64,000 bases of DNA from Carcharhinus longimanus (lineage: Eukaryota), in contig JASCQW010000081.1 of the NCBI GenBank assembly GCA_030264375.1, positions 53,108,875-53,172,874 on the forward strand. Direction: 5' to 3'. The notes beneath the pieces are model-generated. The model was not told the DNA's origin, searched no databases, and was given only the letters and a program-made list of their open reading frames with translations. Every line of letters starts with the position of its first letter. Positions within the stretch are counted from its first letter, which is position 1. Shown here piece after piece: positions 39,652-51,987 of this stretch. Both the position numbers and the translations under genes were made by a program.

Positions 39652-40352
39652 CTGGAAAATAATACAAAAGGCAATTAAATATAGGTTTGCAAACATAAAT
39701 TTCCAGTAGCAGAAAGTTTCAATGCCCAAAACATCAACTTGCATTCTTTCAACATATGCTACGAACCAGCTTGCAGAATTTTAAAAATGCACTGTATTAA
39801 TTATTTTGAAAACCCAAAACAATCTGACTGAATACATTAAAAATCCATTAACATGTCTGCATGTGCAAAAATACTCATTAAATCTAAATTTGAAATGTAG
39901 ACTGCAATAGTAATTTAGTCTTATTCTACAAGCAGTCAACTACGAACCACCTGCACACACTATGTTGATTTGAGTAACCTAAGATATCAAAATGGCATTC
40001 CTTTACAAGGGAGTTTTTTTGGGAGGTGGTGGGTTTGGAAGAGTAATTTTTCTGGCATCAGAATGTTTTAATTATAAGAGTCTCCAAAACCACATCAATT
40101 TTTACGTGCCTAACGTAGAATGAACTCTATAGTTATCTGAACCCAGAGGACTTGGGTGAGGTTCTAATCAGGTCTGAAACTGCAGCTACTAACAGACAGC
40201 ACCACAATCTTCCTGTTATCTACCCAAGTTGAATCACCTACCTACTACACAATTATCTGGAATCAAATGGACAGGTTCATCCCTTTGGAGATGGTCTGTA
40301 AAACGAATAAGTATATTTCTCACAGATACAACTCTTAATATTTCTCACGCAC

Positions 40353-40544
40353 CTGTGTGACTACAATGTTACACTCAGAACCTCTGCCACTTCTAATGTA
40401 GTCATCCAGGATATACTGGGGGACTTGAGTAGTTTTACCACACCCAGTTTGGCCTCGAATAATGATTACTGGACTACAGCTGACTGATTTAAGGATTTCA
40501 TTTTCAAAATTTTTGACTGGTAACTGGCTTCTTTCATTCAGTAT
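40353..40544 (-). CDS. DHX9: DHX9 exon 12 (Walker A)
   Basis: 192 nt; ILNERSQLPVKNFE...IIRGQTGCGKTTQVPQYILDD...NIVVTQ. Confidence 0.97.
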
Positions 40545-41653
40545 CTGTAGTGAGACAAAACACAATTGTCAATACTCAACTTTTGATTTAAAAACACAAG
40601 CTTAAAAAAGGACATGCTATTGAACTTGTTTCACCCTCACAAGGGCACACTGGCCCAAAAGTCCGATACAATTTAGAACAAGAACCTACTGATGAAGCAA
40701 CAACCAGCATTTATAGAGCACCTTTAATGTGGCAAAACATCACAAAGCATTTCACAGCAGCATTATTAAACAAAATGTGACACCAAGTTGCATCAGGAGA
40801 TATTAGGACGCGGAATCAATATCTTGGTCAAAAGGGTTGGCTTTAAGGAGCACTTCAGAAAGTGAACGTCAGATTTTGGAAGGGAATTCAAGATCTTAGG
40901 ACGCAGCCAACTGATGGCACAGCAAAGATTAAAATTGTGGATTTATATGAATTGGAGGAACACGTCAATTTCAGAGAATTGTAAAGCTGGAAGCAACAGA
41001 GGTGGGGAGGGAGTGAACAAGGCCATGGGGAGATCTGAATTTTAAAATTTAATTCCCATGTTAAGTTCAGGTAAGCTGTAAAGAGTGAAATTAGTACTGG
41101 TTTAGAAACAAAATTGCTTCCCGTGCTCCACCTTTCTGATAACGATCATTTTTTGTTAGCAATTTTGGAATCAGGATCCAGTGCTCAGCTAGTAGTGAAG
41201 ACTTTCCATAGTCATAATAATGACAGAAATTTCTAACTGGAAAAGGGTGACATTAAAAAATACAAAAAAAGGCAACTTGAAGTGAAATTATGAACATAAG
41301 TAGTGGGCACAGATGTGTGATTTTTAATATAAGTACTTATAAAGTACTTAGGAAGGGTTTCAAAGTCTTGGATTAAGAGACAGAGATTCATTGAGATGAT
41401 TATGTCTCATTCAATAGGGTGCACTTCTGAAAATACTGTATTCCTCCTCAGTATTGCACGGAATTGTCAGTCTCGATTGTGTGCTTAAACCCCAAATGAG
41501 CCTGAACTCAATTTTTAATTAAGAGATGAATGTGCTGGGTACTATGCAAAACTGTCAAATGATTCAATACCAGGTCAGTGCTCAAAAATAACAGCTGATG
41601 TTATTATGCAAAAAAACTAAAAGTATATAGAAGAAAGGAAAAATAGTACGTAC

Positions 41654-41731
41654 GTGTTGCAGGTTGCTATCATTCTGCATCTGGTAATGTAGCTCATTCT
41701 TTAAGTCTGCACTGATTTGTTCTGGTGTTGC
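41654..41731 (-). CDS. DHX9: DHX9 exon 11
   Basis: 78 nt; ATPEQISADLKNELHYQMQNDSNLQH. Confidence 0.95.
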
Positions 41732-42819
41732 CTACAGAAAATACAATTGAGTTACAATGGCACTTCTAATTAATGTGGCTGCCTAGGACAAAAATGTTGT
41801 TAAAGGTAAGTAAAAAAAAATTTTAAAAAGCACCTCTCTTTTCACCTTCAAAGTCGCTAGGGCTGTTGAAATTAATAAACTAATTGACAGCGTTACTGTG
41901 GTAATTGAGTACTATCCACTCTTTGAGTAGTGTGTGTGCGCACGCGTGTGTGTGCATGCATGTGGGCAGAGCTTGTGGGGAGAGGAACGTGGTCATGTTC
42001 AAAGCAGTGTTTTTAATGAGCTCCTTCTGTGTTAAATTGGAAAGCTGAAGTTACACACGTGCTAGGAGTATTGTTGATTACACAACAGGGTTCCACAATA
42101 ACAGATAATGCAAATTTTAGTGAAATCAGAATATGGTATGCCATTACATCAATAAATTCAAGTTTCCAAATGCAAAGAGTAATTTATGACTAGGATCTTC
42201 TAATGAAATGTTGAGACTGAATTTTAAAAGATTTGCTTGAAAACTTAATCTGCATATTTAGTATAACAGAATAAGTTTTATCAACACCCTTATATGGAGA
42301 ACAAAATGGTGCTCCCCTCTTAGGGTGGCATGAAATTCATAACAAGGGAGATTCCACCACTCCCATTTCATCTTTATTGGAAATATAATTTTTGAATGGA
42401 AAGTCTAAATCAAACAGTGATGCTGCTGCATGGTTTTCCTGCAAGGCACTGTCGTACTGGTCAGCCTGTCATCAAAGTTCCAAACCAGCCAGGCAAACTT
42501 TACTGAGCTAGAGAATCTAATGGCCTTCCTCATTAGTTTATTCCTTGTGTAAGAGAACTTTACTGCTTTTTGTGTAATGTGAAACAAAACCTACTGTTTC
42601 TCTAGATTTACAAAAGAACTCCTCCACCCATCTCTCCAACCCACAGTACTTTCAATTCCAAAAATACAAGGAAATTTTCTCTCTGATGAGTTATTAGTTT
42701 CTAAGCACTTCACTGCAAAGTGCCCATTTTAAAGCCACAGGAATCTTACTATCCTTACCCCTACCAATGCTTTCTGATGGACAGGTTTATGAAAGATATT
42801 AGATTGTTTATATATGGCC

Positions 42820-43898
42820 AACAAAAACCACTATTGCTGTGATAGCTCAAAGCCTGCCATTTGACAGGTATGATTTGTTACAGAGAACTTGTTAGTGACT
42901 TCCAATGTTTCCCATTCCTTGATCCAAAGGAGCTCTGCTGGTGGATCTTGCTTGGGGTGGGTGCTCCATAAGGGGCACTAAAGATGGACGGTAGGTGGGT
43001 TGAACAGGTCATTATCAAATGGCAAGCAAAGTGCAGTATAGATTGTTTCAACATGGGTTTTCGTCAGCCTATGTGTGGGGGAGTGATCTTTGAGAAGACA
43101 GACCTTTAGCACTGACTGAGTCTTATATTTCAGCCTGGAATTCGGTCTGCTAAAACTGAGCCATCTACTCTCGACCAGACCCTTAACGAAGATGTTACAA
43201 AACTGACTACTGCAGCTCGTCTCACATTGAATCCCTCCAAAACCATATGTAATGTATTCCACCTCCACAATGCCAGCACCCAAAAAATAAATTGCATATC
43301 TACATGAATGGCCAGAGACGAAGCATGATCCCATCCTAACATGCTTGGGAGCAACTCTAGATAGTACCTTGTCTTTCAGAAACATTTGAAAAAAAACTGT
43401 AGCAATGTTCAAACCAGAAACAATCTGCTAACCAAATTTGCCAGGATCTAAGTGGGTTGTTACTGCCACAACATTCTGGATGTCAGCATTTGCGCCATCA
43501 TACTCTCCAGCAGAGTATTGGGCACCTGTCTGCTAAAGGTCATCTCTCACACATCTTGTGGAACTCAACTGAACTCAATGTGCATCAAAACTGAAAACCT
43601 CCATGCAATGCTCCTCCCCGGCTTCCAGTCTTCTCAAAAGATCAGCCCCCACACGTACACTGACGAAACCTCACATCAAAACAATGCGTCCTGCACCTTA
43701 CTTGCCATTTGATGACCTGTTGAACTCATCTACTGCCCATCTTCCATCTCAATGCCCCATATGCCAAGCAAGATCCACCAGCAGAGTTCCTTTGGATCAA
43801 GGAATGGGAAACATTGGAAGTCACTAACATGTTCTCTGTGACAAATTAATCTGTCAAATGGCAGGCTTTGAACTATTACAGCAATAATGGTCTTTGCT
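42820..43898. repeat. Long inverted repeat, arms 42820-43099 and 43628-43898
   Basis: For example gttagtgacttccaatgtttcccattccttgatccaaagg versus cctttggatcaaggaatgggaaacattggaagtcactaac. Confidence 0.92.
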
Positions 43899-44100
43899 AA
43901 ATAGGTTCAGGGCAGACCAGACCCCTGCGCAGTCAACCTTCACTACTGTGACATCAGTACAAACCCCTTATGCATGCGTGGAGAGACAAAACAATGCTGC
44001 AAATTACCACCGACAAAATGGTGGACCAATTATTTTAAACTCAGCAAATGAAGAGGCTATCGCTTCGACTCAGGGATTTGCTTTCACTAAATAATAAAAA
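43120..44100 (+). mobile_element. RTE-X-like LINE 3' fragment
   Basis: NLLTKFA.SKW and LNRFRA...LNSANEEAIA motifs; ends taaataataaaaa. Confidence 0.65.
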
Positions 44101-44626
44101 GCCAGTCTGGAATCTGGCAAGTTAATTGACATGCATTGCTTAATAGTTAATGGATAAGACACCATGTCACAGGTTCCATTTCGGCTGGTGAGATGAATGG
44201 ATTTTTAAGCTTGTGCATGATCTAGTCCCAATCTTGTAAACTTTGTATATCCTCCTCACTTTTAAGCGAAAAGGGGACCTAGAAGTCCAGCTGTGGGATG
44301 CGTAAATAGGGATAGGAAGGGACCAGAGAAGGAGAAAAGATAGGATAGGTAAGCTGCAATCGTGTATGCAGTCTGCTCACACAGCTGTGCAAGTTCAGCA
44401 ACTTTTAAAATGCCAAGTTACTCAGGGACAAAAACAGCACTGCTCAGAAGTTATAACTTGTACAGCAAAAAAAGAAAACATGGCTCCTCACATCCATATA
44501 ATCGGATCACAAACCATTTTTGGAAATTATATCAATTGTGCTTGTCTATTCAGTAGCTACATAATTGTGCATTTTACAACTCTCAAGTTTCCAGTAACAG
44601 TCACTCCATTTTCCGGAATTACTTAC

Positions 44627-44788
44627 ATATGCAAGAGGCCCTTCATCAATATTGCTACTGGTCCAAGGATTCCAGTTGACTTGTGGAGGTGACCACGGTA
44701 CAACCCCTGCAAAGTTCTGTCGAATTGATGGCTCAAAATGGGCAAGCTTGCCAACTGTAAGTGAAACTGGATTATCTGGGTCTTCGGG
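44627..44788 (-). CDS. DHX9: DHX9 exon 10 (minimal transactivation domain region)
   Basis: 162 nt; [21 protein letters not shown]...[27 protein letters not shown]. Confidence 0.96.
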
Positions 44789-46285
44789 CTATAGAATCAA
44801 ATGATTGCAGATCAACGTTAATGGTATGTATACAAAACAGCTTTGAATGCATCAGTGTGCAAAAGTTGTACACTTACATAGGATTCTCAACACTATTTTG
44901 TTTACCATAATCACAGGAAGTACTTGCATTGAGCAATTCTAAATTTTAGTTTTTATTTTCCTCCTTCTCCTTAAAAAAAGGAAAACAGCGAACCAAATGA
45001 AGGTGGTGATCAATCTGTGGCGAACCACCATTCTGACTATGTATTCTAACATTCCCCTGTTCAAGTGCTTCCCCACAAGGCCAAAACTGAACACTGAAAT
45101 AACAACTTGCATTGCTTTGTGCCTTTGATGTTGGAAAACATTATGCTACTAAAAAGTGCTTTCGAATTAGCCAAAATTGACAGAGGGTCAAAGGAGGAGA
45201 TAATGTGGGGATATTACGCTGGAGGAAGGGGGTGGCTAATAACTTAATCTGAGGGAAGTTTTGAGTAATGCAAAAGAAAAATAGAGCAATGGAAGGTGGG
45301 CACTTTTAGAAAGGGAAATTCAGATTTTCAGGCCCACATAGTTAAAGGTCCACCTTAAGAGACTAGAGTTATTAGAGTGCAGAGTTCTTGAAAGAAGTTA
45401 CAGAGAAAGGGACAGGCAAAGCCTTTAAGGGTTTTGAACATGCAAATGAAAATTTTTAAACGTGATGCACTGATGCATCATGTGTCAACGTAGATTAGCA
45501 AGAGGTGATGGTTGAGTGCACTTGCTGTGGGTTAGGATATGGGCAGCATGGCTTTTACTTCAAGCTTATGGAAGATGGACAGTGGACAGCAGTAGAATAC
45601 ACATTTATAGAGGTGACAACAGATTTCAGCAACAAACAGGCTGAGACAGAAGGCAGAGACAGCAGAATTTGAGACTGGGACGAGCATAGTGGTTAAAAAC
45701 GGGCAGCATGGGCAAGTTGGGCTGAGTGGCCTGTTTCCATGCTGTAAACCTCTATGACTCTATTCCAGTTTAAATAGAGCTGATTCACTAAAAGGAAGTA
45801 GAGGCACCAAATTCATCGAGGCATAAGCATTATGAGTCTGAGATATTTTCTCTAAAATTTCAGTAATGATAAAACCTTAACTAACTAAAGCACATTCCAA
45901 ACTTTTTTTTAAATGTAACCAATAATTTATAAACAAAATTAACTTTACAGCCATCAAACTAATAAAATGATGCATCTGCTGGGATACAAAGCCAGCGGAG
46001 AGGTTAATAGCTGGATAACAATTTAAAACAAATGATTTATCTTAAAAATGTACAGCAATAAGTTTATGAAAGGAAAACAGCCTATGCATTTTTATTGCAA
46101 TGGTGCTCCAATATGTGATTGCTTTGAGCAGTATCAAAAACAGTAAATGAATTTCATTTTACCATATCAAAGATAAACTAGGGACAACATTGTTACAATA
46201 CTTCAAATTAATAATAGTACAGTCAAGACCACTTTCTTCCTCTCAATATTTCCAATAAATTGATTTAGTTATTAAAAATACTTAC

Positions 46286-46375
46286 TGGTGGTACAAGCTG
46301 CAATCCCAACTCATTTACAACAGATTCAAGCTGACGTTCCAAGTCACTGGCAATATTCAGTTCATATGGTTCCAC
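46286..46375 (-). CDS. DHX9: DHX9 exon 9
   Basis: 90 nt; VEPYELNIASDLERQLESVVNELGLQLVPP. Confidence 0.94.
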
Positions 46376-47366
46376 CTAAAAGAATAAATGACACCAATGT
46401 AAAAGCCTTCTTACAAGTTAAGATTATGTTTTAACTTACAAAGAATGCAATTCAGAGAAACAAGTTACAGAAAACTATTCAAAACAGAAATAGTTTCCTA
46501 TAGTGTATTTCACAATTGCTAAGATTTTGGACGGATCTAAAACCCAAATTATCACTTATCCTCATTGAATATTGCAGAGTGATTTGCAGAGACTCTAACA
46601 CATTTATTTGAGATTAATACAGGTCAGAACACCTCTCATTGTGCTTGGAAGTTATAAAATTTCAAAACGCTTAAACCTGGGACTTGGCTTTAACCATAAT
46701 TTCTTGGAAGGGGAAAATGAAGTGCTTCATACTGAACATTACTTCACACTGAACATCACTTCACCTCATCCACTGCCACTTACCTTCTTGAAGCCACCAC
46801 AGCAAATATTTCCCTTATACTGTCTAATGTTTTCTCTTCTTTTCTTAAAGACATGAACTCATGGCAGGCACAATATTCCATGGATGCTGATCACCCTCCA
46901 GTACCTCATCCACAGTCAGTCTTCGTGTGTCACAATGATCACCAAGATAATGAAAAGCAGAAATTTTCAATTGTTTCCCCTGTACTCATCTAACATTCAC
47001 ACTTACAGCAGGGACTAGTGGATAATAGGAACAGGAACCTTGATCCATTTTATTCCCTAATCAGGAGACAAGACAGTTCATTGCTGTGTCTCTTCCACTT
47101 AGCTGAAATGGGAGTGGAGGATTGACAAAAGAAGCAAAGATGTGGCATTCCTACATCTGCTCAATATTTATCATTAAACCAATTAGGTTAATGTGGGAGC
47201 CTTAACAATAGGTATTTTGTCAGTCAGTTTATGCATCATGAAACAATTCAAACTGCCATCACGAAAGGAAAATTTGATTAAAGTAAATGTAATCATAAAT
47301 GTACCTTTACCTTGCAATACAATAACATGTAAAGTCATGAAACATTCAAAATGTTAAATGATTCAC

Positions 47367-47503
47367 CTTTTCTGTTTCCTTTTTCTTTGTATGTCCAGTG
47401 AAAGCTTCAAACACCCCCAGATGGTAAAGCTGTCTGACCAAAGACAGTGCACACGACTGTGCAGCTAGTTTCTTATTTGAACCATGTTCACGAGCTGTGA
47501 TTC
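47367..47503 (-). CDS. DHX9: DHX9 exon 8
   Basis: 137 nt, phase 1-0; [45 protein letters not shown]; uses a less common AAG acceptor. Confidence 0.95.
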
Positions 47504-48267
47504 CTTGACAGAGAAAAATATACAACGTTCCAATTCATCTTTTAGCACGAGTTTTACAACGTTATTTATGCAGCACATGCAGTTTCACAAGGTGCTCAAA
47601 CTAGAAACTTAAAGATGAATATAAATTGCTTCATCCAACAAGATGCCCCATCCCTACAACTATTATAATTACTCAGCTACAAAATTGCAATTACGATTTT
47701 TGTTTTGTGTGCACAAATTTCACGATTATCAGCATATGTGAATGTTCATGCACGTCACCACCATATTCTTCTGCAGTCAGAAACTGTTCTCTGAAATTAT
47801 ACAATAAGTTAATTTCCAATGTCAATGACATTTTTTTAAAAATCTTTTTTAAAAGTGTGGCACTCACCATCCTAAATATTGGAAACTAAACTTGTAACTT
47901 TTCAGTCTGTTTTAACTTATTGCCGTTTACTTCACTCAATTCTACCTACCTGCAAACGTTTAGCTGGCTAAAAGGAACAAACATTTAAGCAAAAAAAAAA
48001 GAGCTGAGCCAAGCAATAATGACAACTGATAAACTATCCACGATATAACAACATAAGAAATAGGAACAGGAGTAGGCCATCTAGCCCTTTGAGCCTGCCC
48101 CACCATTCAAGATCATGGCTGATCTGAAGTGGATCAGTTCCACTTTCCCGCTTTCTCCCCATAACCCTTAATTCCCTTATTGATCAGAAATCTACCCGTG
48201 ACTTAAACTAACCCTTCATTGTAAAACAAACCCTTCATTGTATAGCTCTTCTTAACAATAAATCCTT

Positions 48268-48599
48268 CATGTGGAGATGCCGGCATTGGACTGGGGTAAG
48301 CACAGTAAGAAGTCGCACAAGTTTTGCAGTTAAGTATCGCGCGTTTGGGGACATCGCAGGTGTCAGCACACCTGAAGTGCAATGGGCTGGCCTCGTCCTG
48401 GGCGAACTGCCTGCATGATCACAGTTACACCAGGTAAACATCAGGTTAAAGTCCAGCAGATTTATTTGGTAGCACGAGCTTTAGGAGTGCTGCTCCTTCA
48501 TCATAGGTACTCACCCGATGAAGGGGCAGTGCTACAAAAGCTCATGCTACCAAATAAACCTGCTGGACTTTCACCTGGCGTTGTGAGATTTCTTACTGT
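48268..48599. mobile_element. Palindromic non-autonomous element (probably Penelope-end derived) hosting the U1 fragment
   Basis: Arms caggttaaagtccagcagatttatttggtagcacgagcttt and aaagctcatgctaccaaataaacctgctggactttcacctg; flanked by ataaatcctt / ataaaccctt. Confidence 0.75.
48316..48441 (-). pseudogene. U1 snRNA-derived fragment (5' end to Sm site; stem-loop IV missing)
   Basis: Minus strand reads atgtttacctgg...tgatcatgcaggcagttcgcccaggacgaggccagcccATTGCACttcaggtgtgctgacacctgcgatgtccccaaa...actgcaaaacttgtg, colinear with U1. Confidence 0.88.
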
Positions 48600-49111
48600 A
48601 TAAACCCTTTAAGTTAGCTGTTTTCCACGTGATGTCAGCTCGAGTTATTACAACCTGTTTACCTCCTATTGAAAGTGAAGATCTACCCCCTACCTGGTCT
48701 CACAGCCCCCATTCACAATTTTACACTCTCTATTTCCAAGTCCCCACGAATAATAGGAGTTTTAGATAATTCTCGAGCTATTGTCCTTGGAACAGAGAAA
48801 GCTAATGGAGGCTTTCAAGGTGGTTCTAATGGAAAAAAGCTATTCACACTGGCAGGTGAGTTAATTTCCAGAGGTGATGCACTTAAAATCATTGGTAACA
48901 GATCTAAAGGGAAGATGAGGAGAGAGCTTTTATTCAGAGCGTGTCAGGTTCCAGCAACACTATCAGGAGATGTGTTGGAAACTAATTCCAAGAAAAATAA
49001 TTTTCTACAGCAGCTGGACAAGCGTTTAAGGATGAGAAACTTGTCAGGTTACAGGTCCAAAACAGGGGTGTGGTCTCAGCATTACTGCTCCATCAAACAG
49101 CCAGCTACATT

Positions 49112-49385
49112 GGGCGGCACGGTAGCACAGTGGGTTAGCACTGCTGCTTCACAGCTCCAGGGTCCTGGGTTCGATTCTCAGCTCGGGTNNNNNNNNNNNN
49201 NNNNNNNNNNNNNNNNNNNNNNNNNNNNNNNNNNNNNNNNNNNNNNNNNNNNNNNNNNNNNNNNNNNNNNNNNNNNNNNNNNNNNNNNCACAGTACTCCA
49301 GCTGCGGCCTCACCAGCGCCCTGTACAGTCGCAGCAAGACCTCCCTGCTTTTATATTCTATCCCCCTCACTATAAAGGCCAATGG
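49112..49385. mobile_element. HE1 head (+), gap, CR1 fragment (-)
   Basis: ggcggcacggtagcacagtgg head; RGIEYKSREVLLRLYRALVRPQLEYC. Confidence 0.8.
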
Positions 49386-50104
49386 ATATAGCGATATCCA
49401 AAGGCGATATGGATAAGCCACAATCTTTGGCATAATTGTCATGTTACCTTATCAATGTAAACAATTTATTAAGAAATTAGTGTGTCTTTAAAAAGCTAGT
49501 AATCTAGACGGACAACTGTAAATAAATTGGAGATACTTGAGTTTTAAGAAGAATTATCATTCGCCAATGTCTTTGACACAACCAAGACTCAAACGTGCCT
49601 CATTCTCAAGTTCCCTACTTCCAAGTGAGGATTCAAATAGACCTCTTTGCATCGCAGCTCAGCTAGGAAACAGGATGATGGCCCCAATCCTGAACAGAGT
49701 TTATATTTGCACAGAGAATGAAAAATGCTTTCTAATCCTTGGACCAATGCATTGATTCTAATTTGAACACATTTTTTACTGCATTTCAGTAGTAGGGGAG
49801 GCAGTGGTGCAGTATTGCATTGGTCTAGTAATCCAAAGGCCCAGGGTAATGCTCTGTGGACCTGGGTTAAATCCCACCACAGCAGAAGTGGAATTTGAAT
49901 TCAATTAAAAAAAAGCAATGTAGAGCAATGACAACATTTGTGTTCAGCCATATACCAGTAGAGTACTCCATCTACAGCCTTTAACTTTGAAAAGAATAGT
50001 TTTAAAAGAAACTGAGCAGCATAAAAACCTGCAAGAGGACTTGGTACAAGTACAGAGAACTGTTTAGCTTTTAATTCTAAATGAGGTGCATAAGTTCTTT
50101 ACAA

Positions 50105-50280
50105 CAAAAACAGGAAATGCTGGAAAATCTCAGCAGGTCTGACAGAATCTGTTGAGAGAATAGAGCCAACGTTTCAGATCTGATCATTCTCTCTCCACAG
50201 ATGCTGTCAGTCCTGCTGAGATTTTCCAGCATTTTCTGTTTTTGTTTCAGATTTCAGCATTCACAGTATTTTGCCTTTAC
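50105..50280. mobile_element. Short foldback element (Penelope-end type)
   Basis: aaaacaggaaatgctggaaaatctcagcagg / cctgctgagattttccagcattttctgtttt; related half copies near 5030, 12230, 34905, 57670 and 59175. Confidence 0.75.
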
Positions 50281-50363
50281 ATAAAATTTCTAGTCTTATA
50301 TACAGTAGTCACTGTATTTCCTGGAATTTTCAGCTTGCCAACTTATCTAAATAAAAATAGAAA

Positions 50364-51080
50364 ATGTTATGCTTCATTCTATCGTGTTACTATGCCTTTA
50401 GAAAAAATATTTTTTTAATCATGCTCTCTATAGTTACAGGCAGCTTTGTTTTTGTTCATTGTGGCACCAGCTGCCTGATTAGATGTCCTTTCTATTTTTG
50501 TTTAAGAGATTTAAATGATTTTGTTCATTTTTACTCTGGGCCTAACGCACTTTTTGGGAGTTTATGACCTTTTGAATTGTTGTGGTAAGAATGATTGACA
50601 AGTCAGGAGGGACAGTTTTTTTTTCCTCTGTCAAGAATTCTTATTGACAGAGAATTCAGGCTGGATGTAGTGTTCTGCCTCTTTCAACGTGGTGTTTTGG
50701 GAAGCTGTTCTGGCCTCAAGTTTGTGCGCGTCACGAGAACTGTCAAGAAAAGTGTGTGTTAAGAAAACTGCAGAATCCCACAACAAAACATGAGCATAAG
50801 AGCTTCCTGTGTTAATCCCAAAAAGGGTGCTTGTTTCGAACAGTGCACTTAGCAGTTAAGTTTTATACAATATCATAGTTGTTTATTTCTTGTTTGTAAT
50901 TGGTAAAAGTTATTGCTAATTGTTAACTGTATTCTTAAATACAGGCGCGCACCCTACCGGCTCTTCATGTCAGTCAGTGTGGTGAGCCAGTAAGATCGCA
51001 AGACAGATGAAAACCTGGCTTTGTGCCCGGTTTCTGATCTCTTGGGATACTACTGGCATTGGCGTGATCGGGCTTGTGCC
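50364..51080. mobile_element. LTR-like remnant related to 27664-28507
   Basis: Starts TGTTA; shares tgcctttagaaa and aattggtaaaagttattgctaatt...ttaactgtattcttaaata motifs; 3' end unclear. Confidence 0.5.
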
Positions 51081-51940
51081 CCCGAAAGGAGTGAGGCTGA
51101 TTATAATATTTAAATCTCAAATTAAGTATTATTAGTGAGCCCGGGGCGGAATCGTCTGGGCTCACTTGCCTTAATGGACTCGTGGTGGAGATCCTCACCA
51201 GCGAGGATCATGTATGATCCCAGCAACAGGGGCCAAGACGTGATGGCCTTCGAGTGGGAGGGGCACTGCCAGCCTGGCACCCTGGAACTTCCCACTGACA
51301 GAGCCTAAGGGGAGGGGGTGGGGCTGTGCACTCAAACTGGGGTTTGGGTGGTGAGCAGGGATTGAGATGGCAATTGACTGGGGAAGCCAGCTGAGGGGAG
51401 GGGAGGGGAGGGGGAGCGTACACAGAAATCCAAGATGCATGTGTAACAGTGCCCCTTGCAGTCAGCAGCTCGCTTCCTAACAAGAATAGACTCCATCCAC
51501 TCTGCCTACTGATGTGATTCACACTTTGCCTCTTTTTTGCACGAAGTGGCATAAGTTACCATTTGAGAGCTCACCTAAAAAATTGGTGATATTCTATCCC
51601 GTTTTCACACTCATTCAGCATTTCGAATTCTTTTGGTAAGAGTACCCCCTGATTTTTTTTCCAATTAATCGCCACACTTATTAAGTTCAGTCTTCACCAA
51701 AATATGATTTCCCCCCACCTATGTAAGCAATTTCAAAGATTTGTTATATCAAGTATTTTTCTCAGTTTTGTTTCTGATATATTCCAATCGTTTAATAATG
51801 CATGCTGATTTGCTGGGCTGAATGTCCAATACAATTTCATGGCAGCTGAGCTGTTATTGCAGCTGGTTAAAATAGTATTGTTTACAAGTCTTACAGTCAA
51901 GGGCAAAACTAGGCACCTCCAAATGTAAGTGACTACTTAC

Positions 51941-51987
51941 TTCTTCCCAGCTGTCTCACGTGAATAGTCATCTCTGCAATAAAACTC
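51941..51987 (-). CDS. DHX9: DHX9 exon 7
   Basis: 47 nt, phase 2-1; SFIAEMTIHVRQLGR; tttcag acceptor, gtaagt donor. Confidence 0.95.

Noticed and set aside
41930-41964. Alternating purine-pyrimidine tract with Z-DNA potential
   Set aside because: Short ordinary (TG/CA) microsatellite with no supporting context.
48316-48441. Functional variant U1 gene
   Set aside because: Stem I is partly deleted, the Sm site is mutated, stem-loop IV is absent, and no PSE or 3' box context is visible.
48669-49391. 240-aa ORF
   Set aside because: It runs through a CR1 remnant, a SINE head and a 100-N gap; artefactual.
50105-50245. Long hairpin as a miRNA precursor
   Set aside because: The arm sequence recurs as half copies many times in the window; it is a common foldback repeat.
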